Counted from the stretch's first letter, positions 31,401-42,929 are shown. The stretch is 64,000 bases of DNA from an uncultured Trueperaceae bacterium (GCA_963799485.1 CAWCXJ010000012.1:96001-160000); one strand, 5' to 3'. Program-made: numbers and translations. Notes: generated from the sequence alone by a model not told the origin.

Positions 31401-34400
31401 AGACGGCCTCTGGCGTGTGCGCTTGCAGCCCGGTCTGCTGACCCGCCAAGACATCGGCTTCGTGCCGCCCCCCGTAAAACCCACAGAAAGTACCGTAAAA
31501 CCGACACCTCAGGCGGCAGAAACGCCGACGCCGAATCTAAATACAGACACGTCAGACCCCGACCTGCCCGAAAGCCCGGTCGAGACCCTGAGCGGCGTCA
31601 ATATCATCGCCCCGGAACCGGGTACCTTGCTCCGGGGCCGGAGCAGCGTCCCGATTGTCGTCGAAACGCCGCTCGGCGACGTGGTGAGCTTGAGCGTCAA
31701 CGGTCAGCTCATCCCTACGTCGCTGCTCGGCAAACGCGTGCTGGACGAAGTGCGGCAGCGGCAGCGCTTTGAATACGCCGGAGTGCGGTTCGAGCCCGGT
31801 GAGAGTGAAATCGTGGTGCAAAGTCAAGCTGCCGGGGGCGCGGTGACCGAAACGCGCGTGACGATTGCCACCGCCGGCCCGCCTGAACGCATCGTAATCA
31901 GGCCGCTTGAAGCATTGACGGCTGACAGTGCCGCGCCGCTGGCGTTTACGCTGCGCCTCGAGGACAAAAACGGTTACGCGCCGCAAGATACATTTGTCAC
32001 CCTTAGCGTTGACAGGGCCGAATTCGCTTCGGAAGATGCGAACAAACGCGCCCTCGGGATGCAGGTTCGCACCCGTGAGGGGCGCGCCCGCTTTACCCTC
32101 AAACCCTTGCCGGTTCCGGCGACGATTGTCGTGCGCGCCGAGTTGGGCGCTTTGGAAAGCAAACAAGATTTTGCGGTACGCTCCGCCAAGCGGCCCTGGA
32201 TTGCGGCGGCGGCGGGCAGCGTCGGCGCGTCGCTCGCGCCCGGTGAGCCGCTGCAAAGTGCCGATTTCGGCGCGTCGGGCACGTTGTTCGCTCGGGGCAG
32301 CGCGTACGGACAATTGTTGACCTTCAGCGTGCGCTATCCGCAGTCGGTTTACGGCGACCCCACGGACCCGTTTAACGTCCTGCCGGGTGACACCCTCGTC
32401 GAACCCGAAGTGATCACCGGTTCGGGCCGCGACCCCACCGCCGAAGCGAGAAGTCGGGACGGCTTTTACGCCCGCGTGGAAAACGACCTCTCCTTCGTTC
32501 AGTACGGCGATTTCGCCACCGACCTGCTCGGGCCGCTCTTGGGCGGTTCCCGCGAGCTGACCGGTTTGAGCGGACGTTACGCCCGTTTCGGCGGCGGCTT
32601 TGAAGCGCGTGCTTACGCCTCGTACCGCCCACAAGGCGAAGAGGTTACCAGCCGCGACGTTCCGTCGAACGGGACGAGCCTTTACCTTTTACCGGCGGGG
32701 CTCGAGTCCTTGGTCGTTTACGCCGTCACCAAAGATGATTTCGGTTCTCTGACAGGCCAAGAAGAGCTGGTGCGGGGCGCGGACTATACCTATACGCCCG
32801 CCACCGGACAGCTCTTGTTAAACGACCCGCTGCCGCTACAAAACAACCTCGGCGACCGCGCCTTTTTACGGCTGAGCTACCGTTTTCCTGCCGACGTGGG
32901 CGCACCGAGAGTGTTAGAAGCCGGAGCCCAAGTAGCTTACGACGCAGGCGACCTCAAACCACGCCTCGGCGCGGCGCAATCCCAAGACGGGGTGAGCACG
33001 GCTCGAGCCGTCTCTGCCGGTATGTGCTTTGAGCGCGACGAGCTGAGCGCTGAAGCCGACGTCGCTTACGGTGGCGATGAGAGCAGCAGCGGTTTTGCAG
33101 CGACCGCGCGGGCGAGTCTCGACAGCGAACAGCTCGACGCCTCGGCAACCTACCGCTACACCGCCCCCGGCTACCGCTCGCCCGCTTTGGGCGTCAGCAG
33201 CAGCGCCGGACACGAGGCGAGTTTCGGCGTGTCGTACAACGTTACCGACGCCCTCAACCTTTCGGCAAGTGGAACGGCGGCGCAGGCGTTACGCGCCACC
33301 GGGCAAGACCTGAACTTCAGCGCCGACGTGCTGGGCCGCTACCGCGTCGGCAGCGAAGCCGCACTCGGGTCGTTCGTGTTGGGCAGCAATCCCGAACTGC
33401 AACTCGGGGCCGAAGTCGATACCAGCCTCAGCGATACCCGGAACGACTGGGTGCCGCGTGCGCTGGCAGGCTTTAGAGTCCAAACACCGCTGGGCCTTTC
33501 CGACGCCGAGCTCAGCGTGTTGCACCGGCAAGGGCTGTTAAGCACGCTCCCCAGCGAGACCGATTTCGGCGTGCGCTACCGCCTTTTGGAGAACCTCTCG
33601 CTAACCGTCACCGAACGCTTGACCTGGGGTATAGAAAGCGACCTGCTGGTGGGCCTCGAGACCGGTTTCGACAACGCCTCACTCTTGGGCGGCACCCGCT
33701 ACCGGGGTCAGACGACCCTCAGCACGCAGTACGAGCTGCCGGGCGGCGTGAGCGCCGACGCGGGCCGCGCCCGTTTGGGCCTGCGGACGCAGTACCCGCT
33801 TAGTAATGCGTGGAGTATCGACGGGTCTTTGGAGCAGCTTCTGGACTTTTCCGACGGTGGCAGCCGCAGCGCCGCCTCGTTCGGGACAACTTACGACACC
33901 GACGATGTAGACGCGCAGGCGAGCTATCAGTTTAGTTTGGCAGACAGTCTGACCCGGCAGCTGCTGAGCGCGGGCAGCAACTTCCGCGTCAACGACCATC
34001 TTTTCGGCGGGGTAAGCGCGCTTTACAGCCTCGAGCTTGGCGGCGCGGACACCGAAGGGTCGCTGCAAGGCTTTTCTTTCAACATTGCCGGTGCCTACCG
34101 GGGCGCTGTTATCGACGTATTGATGAGCCACACCGCGCTGTTCGGTTCGCTCGCGCCCGGCGGCGCAGAGCTGACCGGCGACGTGCGCGCCGCCGTTCCC
34201 CTAACTGACCTGTTCGACCTGCGCGGCTCTTACTTGTACCGCAGCGAAGCTGCGACCGGGCTTCAGGACGTAGCGGCGCTCGGCGTCGGTGTCTATCCGT
34301 GGAACGGTGGCAGCGTTGCCCTGTACGGACAACTGTTTCACCTCTGGACGCCCGGAACGTACCTGCCGGGGGTGAGTCTCGAGGTGTCCCAAGAGGTCTT

Positions 34401-34542
34401 TTGCGGTATTTACGCGGTAGGCGGTTACAACTACGGCGGGCTGACCGATCCGCTCGGGCCGGGGTACGGCGGCGAAGGTTTCTTTATCCGGGTGGATGTA
34501 ATTGCCGACGAGCGGTTTAGTTGCGCGGGGGCAGGGCAGTGA
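28427..34542 (+). CDS. DUF11/Ig repeats + SdrD-B-like domain + outer-membrane beta-barrel-like region (protein B, about 2038 aa; one frameshift near 31160)
   Basis: ORFs 28427-31240 and 31171-34542 join with one added base (EAGFF-x-TRSVLLGHLYIDKDDSG). The C-terminal part is amphipathic beta strands rich in G/Y/S. Confidence 0.75.
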
Positions 34543-37500
34543 ACGGGTTTGTGAAACGCATGGTGCGGACAGTTGTGCTGCTCCCCCTATTTTTCAGCTG
34601 GGGATTTGCACAGACACCGGCCTGTTCGACGCTTTATGGCGGGGGCGTTGCAGCTACGAGTACCAACGCCGGGCCGATTTTTTCGATCAACACGGCGACC
34701 GGGGCCAGAATTTCAAACGTGTTTACGCCACCTTACGGAACTGCCGCATTTGCGCGGAGTCCGGTAAACGGTCGCATTTACTTCATCGAGTATACGAGCG
34801 GCACGACCTCTTCCAGAGTCGGGTATTACGACCCCGCTACCGGAACTACCACCACAGCAGCGGCGACGATCAATAAGGGAACGGATTCAGGACTATTCCT
34901 TCGTTTTGGCTTCAACGCCGATGGGGTAGGTTACGCGTCGATTGCCGACAACAATTCCGTCTATACGATTACCCCTTCGGGCAACACCGCTACGGTTGCG
35001 CGCCTCGGGACGATTACGGGTTTGCCAACAGGTTTAAGCGGCGATTTTGCTATTACTGCCGCAAACCGGGCGTGGCTAAGCGGCAACGGTGAAGTCTACC
35101 GGATCGACCTCAATAAACCTACCTTGCCAGCAGTCGTAATCTACGACTCGAATAATGTCAACATCAACGGGGTCGCGTTCGACACCAACAGCGATCTGTT
35201 GCTTTCCGATACGACGCAGCTTTTTCGCATCGATCCGGGAACCCTGCAAAAGACAACTGTCGGTACGGGCTTTAACATCACGACGCGCAGCGCCGACCTT
35301 GCCAACTGCGTGATTCCGACGCTCGAGCCCAACCTCACCATCATCAAGTCTGTTGCTCCAGCAGGGCCGGTCGCGCCGGGAACGGTGCTGACCTACACCA
35401 TCACCACGACCAATAGCGGGAACGCGGTCGCGGTCAACACGACGTTTCAAGACAGCATTCCGGCAAACACGACCTACGTCGCCGGTTCGACGACCAAGAA
35501 CGGCGTAGCGGAGCCCGACGCTGCAGGTGGCGTCATGCCCTTTGTCACTGCCGCGACGATTACGAGCCCCAGCACGCAGTTCGGGCCGGGGATTGTCGGC
35601 ACCGGCACCGCAAACCAAGCGACTGTAAGCTTTAAGGTCAGGGTCAACAATCCTTTTCCTTCAACTGTAGCAGCAGTAACCAACAGGGGCTTCGTCGAGT
35701 ACGATTCGGGTGCTGGCGATACACGCGTCATTCAGCCCACCACGCCTCCCGGCGGCGGCGATAGCGCGACACCTATCACCATCGGCAACCGCGACTTCGG
35801 TGACGCCCCCGACGCAGCGACCGGCACCGGGACGGGCAACTATCAAACGACCGGCAGCGGACAACGGCCCGAGTCACGCCATCGTTTCGGGTTTACGGCT
35901 CGGCTCGGTTGTCGCCGACGCCGATGACGGCACCTTGCAAAATGTGGGCGCAACAGCTGATAACACGACCGGAACGAACGACGAGGAGGGTGTAAGCAGT
36001 TTCCCGGTCTTTACCACAACGTCCGGACAAACGGTAACCGTGCCGGTAGCAGTCACCAACACGACAAGCGCGGCGGCATCTTTGGTCGGCTATCTCGACT
36101 TTAACAAAGACGGTGACTTTCTAGATACCGGCGAACAGTCGGCGCTTGTACCGGTGGCAGTAAATCAAACGTCGGCCAACGTCGTTTTTACGACCCCTAC
36201 AGGACTCACGGCGGGGACGACCTACGCGCGTTTTCGTATCGGCGGCGTTGCGGGCGAGGTGACGTCATCGGTTGGGGGAGCCTCGAGCGGTGAGGTCGAA
36301 GATTACCGAGTCACAATTGGTTCACCTGATTTGACGATAAGCAAAACGCACACTCCGGCAACTTTTGTGCGGGGCAGGAGCGGTACCTACACCCTGACAG
36401 TCGGTAACATAGCGGCAATCAACCGACCTCCGGAACTATCACCTTGACCGATACCCTGCCCGCAGGCTTAAGCGTCAACGGTGGCGCTACCGGAACGGTG
36501 ACGCCGGGCGGGACGAACGCCGCCAACTGGACGTGTTCTTCAAATGCAGCGTCGCCGCAGGTCATCACCTGCTCGAGTACCACAGTCATAGCAGCGAGTG
36601 GGAGCAGCGTGTTTAATTTGGGCGTCAGCGTGGCCCCCGGTGCCGGAACCCCGGTGGTCAACAACGTAGCAGTGTCCGGTGGGGGCGAGGCAGCGGCAAA
36701 TAACGGGAACAATACAGCGAGCGATTCGGCGGTTACGGTTGCACCGACCGACCTTACGCTTAGCAAATCGCACAGCGGCGACTTTACAGTCGGCGGCGCA
36801 GGAACGTACAACTTTACGGTCAATAACAGCGGCGGGGTCGCGAGTTCCGGCACCATAACCGTGACCGACACGCTACCTACAGGTCTGAGCTTTGTCACCG
36901 GTTCGACGACCGGGACAGGCTGGAGCTGTTCAGCCTCGGGCCAAACCGTCACCTGTACAAGCAGCACGGCAATTGCCGCAGCCGGGAGCAGCACCTTTGC
37001 TTTTAACGTCAACGTCGGCGTAGCCACCGCGCCGGGAACGAACAGCGTGACCAACACAGCGAGCGTTTCAGGTGGCAGCGACAGCAACACGGCAAATAAC
37101 AGCGCTAACAACGGTGAACGGCGACCCGACGACCGTGCTTTCACCTGATCTGACTGTAACCAAATCGCACACACCGAGCAGCTTTGTTCAGGGTGGCGTA
37201 GGGAATTACCGAATCAGGGTGTATAACGACACCGTAAACGCGACGGCCTCGACTACCGGCACGATCACCGTCACCGACACCCTGCCGGTTGGTTTGAGTG
37301 TCCCAGCCGGTGCCGTGACGCTTACGGCGGGCGGGACGGTCTGGAGCTGTACGGCGTCCGGGCAAGTCATCACCTGCAGCTACACGAAACCGATTCCGGT
37401 AGGCAGCGGCAGCATATTCAGGTTTAATGTCAACGTCGCATCACCGGCCCCGGCGAGTGTAACCAATAACGTGACGGTTTCAGGTGGTACTGAGGCGACC

Positions 37501-37920
37501 GCAAACACAGGCAACAACACGGACTCTGACCCGACCACAATCGTTGATGCGGGCAACCTCACGCTCGTTAAAAGCGTCCGTAACGTCACGACGAACTCAG
37601 CGTTTAGCAGCGCCGGGAGCGGGGAACCGGGAGACGTGCTCGAGTACTGCGTCGGCTACAGCAACCCCGGTCAGAGTCCGGTGACGGGTACGGTCGTAAG
37701 CGACAGTATTCCGACAACGACCACGCCGCTCACCTCGGTCGGCGACTACGGCAATCAGGCGATTCGCTGGCGGATAACCCAGCCGAGCGCCGGCACGCAA
37801 AACCTCAGTGCGGTCTCAGGCGACGACGACGGTGAGCTGGGCGCGGTGCTGACGGTGCGGGTCGGCGCGGTTCCGGCGGGCGGCGCAGGCGACGTCTGTT
37901 TTCGGGCGCAGATCAAATAG
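34539..37920 (+). CDS. Secreted adhesin-like protein C (propeller-like N-terminus, DUF11 repeats, GEVED domain; about 1126 aa; three frameshifts)
   Basis: GTGA overlap with the stop of B; signal peptide GFA-Q; DFGDAP...GEVEDY. Four track ORFs join through single-base indels near 35853, 36409 and 37107. Confidence 0.75.
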
Positions 37921-37981
37921 CCTTACGCTTAACCGTGAGAGGGATTGCGGCAAACCTGTCGCGGTCCTCTTAACGTAAGGC

Positions 37982-39376
37982 ATGTCCGACACAAAAATCC
38001 GCAAACAGATTCAAGACGAACGCGTTCAAGAGCTTAACGATAAGGAGACTCAAGAAGGGGAGTACGTCCTCTACTGGCTGCAAAGTTCGCAGCGGAGCGA
38101 GTACAACCACGCCCTCGAGTACGCCGCTCTCAAGGCCAACGAACTGGACAAACCCCTGCTCGTCGCATTTGGCCTCACCGACGACTACCCCGAAGCAAGC
38201 CTGCGGCACTACCACTTTATGCTGCAAGGCTTGCAAGATGTTGCGAAAGCTTTAGAGAAGCGCAAGGTCAAGTTTGCCCTGCAACGCGGCGCACCCGATG
38301 ATATTGCCGTAAAACTCGCCGAAGACGCGGCGCTGGTCGTGTGTGACCGCGATTATCTGCGGCTTCAGCGCAAATGGCGTGAGCGCCTCGCCAAAAAAGC
38401 GCCGTGCCGGGTCGTGCAGGTCGAAACCAACGTCGTGGTGCCGGTCGAGCTGGCGTCGGGTAAAAAAGAACACGCCGCCCGCACCTTGCGGCCCCGGCTC
38501 AGCAAGCATCTGGACAAATTTCTGATTCCGTTAGACGAGGTAAAGCTTAAAGTAGATTCTCTTGACCTGAACATCAAAGGTGAAGACATCTCCGAGCTCG
38601 ACACGTTTTTGGGGAAACTGACGCTCGAGCCCGACCCCCCGCCCGTCAAACTCTTTAGGGGCGGCACCGAAGCCGCGAAAAAAGTCCTGAGTAATTTTCT
38701 CAAAAACGACTTTGCCGACTATACCGAAACCCGCAATCAGCCGCAGACGAGCCATGTGTCGCACATGAGCAAATATCTGCACTACGGGCAGATTTCGCCG
38801 GTGTATATCGCCCTAGAGGTCGAGTCCGCCGGAGCGTCTAAGGAGAATGTGGACAGCTACCTTGAAGAACTCATCATCCGCCGTGAACTGCCGATGAACT
38901 TTGTGTTTTACGAACCCGACTACGACCAATACCGCGCCCTGCCCGCGTGGGCGCAAAAGAGTCTGGCAGAACATAAAGACGACAAGCGCAACCCTGAGTA
39001 CACCCGCAACGAGCTCGAGGCCGCTGAAACCGACGACCCCTACTGGAACGCCGCCATGAATGAGATGAAGGTTACCGGGTATATGCACAACTATATGCGG
39101 ATGTACTGGGGCAAAAAGATTCTCGAGTGGTCAGCCAGCCCCGAATACGCCTTCGAGACGACGCTTTACCTGAACAACAAGTACTTTTTAGACGGGCGCG
39201 ACGCCAACTCCTACGCCAACGTCGCCTGGGTTTTCGGACAGCACGACCGGGGTTGGAAGGAGCGGGCGGTGTTCGGCAAGGTGCGCTATATGTCGGCGGG
39301 CGGACTGAAACGCAAAGCCGACCCGGACGCGTACGTCGAAAAGGTGGCGGGGTTCATCGAAGAAGCCCGGACCTAA
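37982..39376 (+). CDS. Class II CPD (deoxyribodipyrimidine) photolyase
   Basis: SKYLHYGQIS, EELIIRREL, GYMHNYMRMYWGKKILEW, DGRDAN, FGKVRYM. Confidence 0.9.
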   Translation: MSDTKIRKQIQDERVQELNDKETQEGEYVLYWLQSSQRSEYNHALEYAALKANELDKPLLVAFGLTDDYPEASLRHYHFMLQGLQDVAKALEKRKVKFALQRGAPDDIAVKLAEDAALVVCDRDYLRLQRKWRERLAKKAPCRVVQVETNVVVPVELASGKKEHAARTLRPRLSKHLDKFLIPLDEVKLKVDSLDLNIKGEDISELDTFLGKLTLEPDPPPVKLFRGGTEAAKKVLSNFLKNDFADYTETRNQPQTSHVSHMSKYLHYGQISPVYIALEVESAGASKENVDSYLEELIIRRELPMNFVFYEPDYDQYRALPAWAQKSLAEHKDDKRNPEYTRNELEAAETDDPYWNAAMNEMKVTGYMHNYMRMYWGKKILEWSASPEYAFETTLYLNNKYFLDGRDANSYANVAWVFGQHDRGWKERAVFGKVRYMSAGGLKRKADPDAYVEKVAGFIEEART

Positions 39377-39634
39377 GCAACGAGCTATGAGCAGTAAGTA
39401 AAAGCGTTTGGCTTACTCGCTGCTCATGGCCGGGTACTCATTGCTCGTTCATCGTCCCCTATAAAAAACCTCACACCTCACGCAAATCCTGTGCGAAAGT
39501 GCATCTGCGCTTGACGAAAGTTAGAAAAAGTAAATCCAAATGGGCGTGGGCTGCGTATACCTAATACAAGAGGCTCACAATTTCTACCGCCCTCGAGGTG
39601 AGTCGCTTTTTACTCAGGGCCAGGAGGCAAGTGT

Positions 39635-40741
39635 ATGAACGTCAACAAGGTGCTTAATGGCAAAGTAGACCGCCGCCGACTACTCGGCAACCTGGGGCTG
39701 CTCAGTGCCGGTGCAGTCCTGACCGCGTGCGGCGGTTCCGTCGTCGGGCAAGTCGGTGCGCAGCAGTCCGGTGACGATTACGACGCCGCGATTCTGAACT
39801 TCGCGCTCAACTTGGAGTATCTAGAAGCCGCCTACTACCTCGCCGCTGTGGGCCGCCTGAACGAGCTGCCCGGTTACGATCCCGAAAAGGTCATCTTGCC
39901 CGACGGTTATACCGGCACCGACCCGAGCACCTCGCTCTACGCCTCGATGTACACGGGCGGTATGAGCACCCAGACGGTGACGAAAGTTACCGAACTTGTC
40001 GGCGCACTCGCCAACGAAATCGCCCAGGACGAACTCTCGCACGTCGTCTTTTTACGCACGGCGCTTGACAGCGTCGGTGCGCCCGTTGCCGACTTGCCGG
40101 TCGTCAACTTAAACAGCTCGTTTAAGGCCGCTGCGACTGCCGCCGCCAGCTTTACCGCCAACGGTCTCGGTTTCGACCCGAACGCGTTCAATCCCTTTGC
40201 CAACGACACCTTCTTCCTCTTCGGTTCGTACATCTTTGAAGACGTCGGCGTTACCGCTTACAAGGGTGCAGCCAAGTACATCACCAGTCCCGACTACTTA
40301 GAGGCCGCCGCCGGCATTCTGGCAGTCGAGGCGTACCATGCGGGCAACGTTCGCAGTTTCCTCTACACCTCGGACATGCGCGCCGACTACCGTTACGGCG
40401 GCGTCGATATCTGGACGATTGCGCGCGCCATCTCGGACGCCCGCGATTCGCTCGACGGCAGCACCGACTTAGACCAGGGCATCGTCGGCAACCCCACCTA
40501 CGATACCGTCAAACCCGCCGGACACGCCGGCCCCGACGGACTTGTCGCCAACATCATCCCGGCAGACAAAAACGCCATCGCCTTTAGCCGCACCCCGCTG
40601 CAAGTTGCCAAAATCGTTTACTTGAGCCCCGACGCCGTCGTTTCCGACGCGAGCTTTTTCCCGCAGGGTATCAGCATTCCTGCAAGCCTCACCGACCAGT
40701 TCGGCGCGCTGCTCGACCCGAACTTCCCGAACAACCTCTAA
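39635..40741 (+). CDS. Ferritin-like desiccation-related protein, Tat/lipoprotein signal
   Basis: DRRRLL...LTAC; LNFALNLEYLEA, DELSH, FEDVGVTAYKG, VEAYHAG. Confidence 0.85.
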   Translation: MNVNKVLNGKVDRRRLLGNLGLLSAGAVLTACGGSVVGQVGAQQSGDDYDAAILNFALNLEYLEAAYYLAAVGRLNELPGYDPEKVILPDGYTGTDPSTSLYASMYTGGMSTQTVTKVTELVGALANEIAQDELSHVVFLRTALDSVGAPVADLPVVNLNSSFKAAATAAASFTANGLGFDPNAFNPFANDTFFLFGSYIFEDVGVTAYKGAAKYITSPDYLEAAAGILAVEAYHAGNVRSFLYTSDMRADYRYGGVDIWTIARAISDARDSLDGSTDLDQGIVGNPTYDTVKPAGHAGPDGLVANIIPADKNAIAFSRTPLQVAKIVYLSPDAVVSDASFFPQGISIPASLTDQFGALLDPNFPNNL

Positions 40742-40757
40742 ACGTATTGCAACCTGG

Positions 40758-40785
40758 AAGGGGCTTGTTACAAAGTCCCTTTTTT
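40758..40785 (+). terminator. Rho-independent terminator
   Basis: AAGGGGCTT...AAGTCCCTT followed by a T-run. Confidence 0.65.
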
Positions 40786-40820
40786 CGTATTTTTGCTCCC
40801 ACATCTTTATAGTGAGTAAC

Positions 40821-41678
40821 ATGAAATATCTTTTGCTTATCCTCTCCCTGACCCTAACGGCTTGCGACCTGTTCGGCGGTGTTACACCTCAACCTGCGCC
40901 GCAACGCGTCACGCTGAGCGCGTCTCAAACCGAGGGCGAAATCCCCTTCACCGTAACCTTCACCGCCGAAGCGAATCCTGCTGGTGTGTTTAACTGGGCG
41001 GTCGGTGGCGAGCCGCAAGCGGAAACGTCCGACACCTTTACCAGGGTGTTCGACAGCTCCGGCCTTTACGTTGTAAGTGTGTCGGCAAACGGGGCGTCGG
41101 ACAGCGTAACGGTCACGGCAAATGCGCCCGACACCCCTAATACGGGGCCGAATATCGGCAAGCTCGAGCTGTCTCAAACCCCCGGCGGCCCTGCGCCGTG
41201 GGCCGTGCGGTATACGGTCACTGCCGATGTTGAACTAGGCGCTTCTGTCACCGGGCTCGAGGCCCGTTGTGGTGAAAACCGGGCGTACCGACAGCTCGTT
41301 TCAGGAAGTTTTGCCTGTGTGCATAACAGCGCCGATACGGTGAAGGTCAGGTTCGTGGTCGCCGGCGAGACCGCCGCGAGCGCCGAAGCTGTCCCGGACA
41401 TCACCGAAAATAGCGGCGTAGCGTTCGCCGGGCGCTGGCGCTACAGCTCACGCGGCGTGACCGAAACCTTTGCCATCGTTAAGGGCAGCGAAACCGCAGG
41501 GGAGAGCGCCGACGGGCGTTTCAAGCTCTTTACCGTCGGGCTGCGCGAAGGACTCGTCGCCGAATTTACGGTAGACGGGCGCACCGTCGTATTGACCCCG
41601 ACGCCGGCTGACGACGGAAAACAGCTCTTTGAGGGCCGTGTATACGGGCTGGTGCTCGCGCCCCTACCCACCAACTAA
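40821..41678 (+). CDS. Lipoprotein with PKD-like domain
   Basis: Lipobox LTAC; GEIPFTVTF...W...GLYVVS; TATAGT upstream of ATG. Confidence 0.7.
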   Translation: MKYLLLILSLTLTACDLFGGVTPQPAPQRVTLSASQTEGEIPFTVTFTAEANPAGVFNWAVGGEPQAETSDTFTRVFDSSGLYVVSVSANGASDSVTVTANAPDTPNTGPNIGKLELSQTPGGPAPWAVRYTVTADVELGASVTGLEARCGENRAYRQLVSGSFACVHNSADTVKVRFVVAGETAASAEAVPDITENSGVAFAGRWRYSSRGVTETFAIVKGSETAGESADGRFKLFTVGLREGLVAEFTVDGRTVVLTPTPADDGKQLFEGRVYGLVLAPLPTN

Positions 41679-41734
41679 AGGACAGCCGAGCGGGTCACAT
41701 TATCGTTCTTACAGGCGTGTCACAATAACGTCAC

Positions 41735-42085
41735 GTGACAGACAATCCCGCCTCGCTCAGCGTAATTCTGGCTCTAGGCGGCTGCATAATTTTGTGGCTG
41801 GTGGCTCGAGACGCTCTGCCGCTGCCACATGTTTCTAAAGAGCGAATCGTCGTCGTTTTGCTCTGGGCCGGTCTGATAGGTCTTTTGTGGGTCTCGGATT
41901 ATCCGGCGGCGTGGCGCGTCCCTGAAATGGTCGAATACTTGGCGGAAACGACGCTTTCGGTGTTTCGTATCCTCCTCGTGACCGCGACCGGTACGGTACT
42001 TTTCGGCAGCATGGTTGCGATGCTCTTTTTTACCCGGCCCAAATCTCGCCGCCGTACCAAGCTGGACCAACCCAAGCTAGACTAA
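41735..42085 (+). CDS. Small membrane hypothetical protein
   Basis: Three hydrophobic segments; operon-like spacing. Confidence 0.6.
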   Translation: MTDNPASLSVILALGGCIILWLVARDALPLPHVSKERIVVVLLWAGLIGLLWVSDYPAAWRVPEMVEYLAETTLSVFRILLVTATGTVLFGSMVAMLFFTRPKSRRRTKLDQPKLD

Positions 42086-42089
42086 TCAG

Positions 42090-42668
42090 GTGAAACCTAA
42101 CCGCGCAGAGAAAACACAAGCGAAAACACACGAGAAAACACATCAGACTGCCGTCGTCATCATTCCGCCCAAAAGGGTGTGGGAACCCGTTCAAGCGATT
42201 CGCCGAGTACACGACAAGCAGTTTCGGCGCTGGATGCCGCATCTGACGCTGCTCTATCCGTTTGCGCCCAAACGCGACTTTACCCGCATTTTACCCGAGC
42301 TTGCCGAAGCAGGTTGGGCGCAGGGACCGTTCGAACTGACGCTGGCGCGCTTTGATTCGTTTCGGCACGGACGCAATTACACGGTGTGGTTGGAACCTGC
42401 GCCCGCCGAACCCCTCAGCAAGCTCTACCGGGCGCTGACGAAAGCTTTGCCGCAGTTTTCCGACACCGGCTCGTTTAGAGACGGCTTTACGCCGCACCTG
42501 AGCGTCGGACAAGTCGAAGGCGCAGGCAAGCTTAAAAAGCTTTTGGCAGAACTGAACGGGAACTGGGAACCGCAGCGGTTCTCTGTTACCGAGCTGTCTT
42601 TAATCTCGCGTAAGGGGCCGCCCAACGATATTTTTCAGGTTGACCGGCAGATTACCCTGGGGGGATAG
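42090..42668 (+). CDS. 2H phosphoesterase (2'-5' RNA ligase superfamily)
   Basis: Two HxT/S motifs: PHLTL and PHLSV. Confidence 0.85.
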   Translation: MKPNRAEKTQAKTHEKTHQTAVVIIPPKRVWEPVQAIRRVHDKQFRRWMPHLTLLYPFAPKRDFTRILPELAEAGWAQGPFELTLARFDSFRHGRNYTVWLEPAPAEPLSKLYRALTKALPQFSDTGSFRDGFTPHLSVGQVEGAGKLKKLLAELNGNWEPQRFSVTELSLISRKGPPNDIFQVDRQITLGG

Positions 42669-42895
42669 GTCACAGCGAGCTGGTGTGGCACTTGTCCCGG
42701 TAACTGCCCACGAAGCTCGCCAGTATCACTTCAGAGTGCGTGTCCCGGACTGGTTTCATGCTCTAGAGCCGGCTTAAACAAAAGGGTAACTGCCAAAAGT
42801 GGCAAGTATCCTTATGGTCAGATACACGCTCTGTCCGATATTCGCCCGGTAGCATGCAAATTATAAAAATGCCGTACAGCGCCGCTTCCGGCAAA

Positions 42896-42929
42896 GGCCC
42901 GCCCGACCGGTCAAACCGTCGGGCGGGCC
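42896..42929 (-). terminator. Hairpin after citrate synthase
   Basis: GGCCCGCCCGAC...GTCGGGCGGGCC 12-bp stem. Confidence 0.65.

Noticed and set aside
31552..32634. Long antisense ORFs (360 aa here and many similar)
   Set aside because: Shadow ORFs of GC-rich genes with no motifs.
35710..37920. Separate genes for the ORFs at 35710, 36444 and 37072
   Set aside because: No RBS or signal peptides; motifs continue across single-base indels, so they form one gene.
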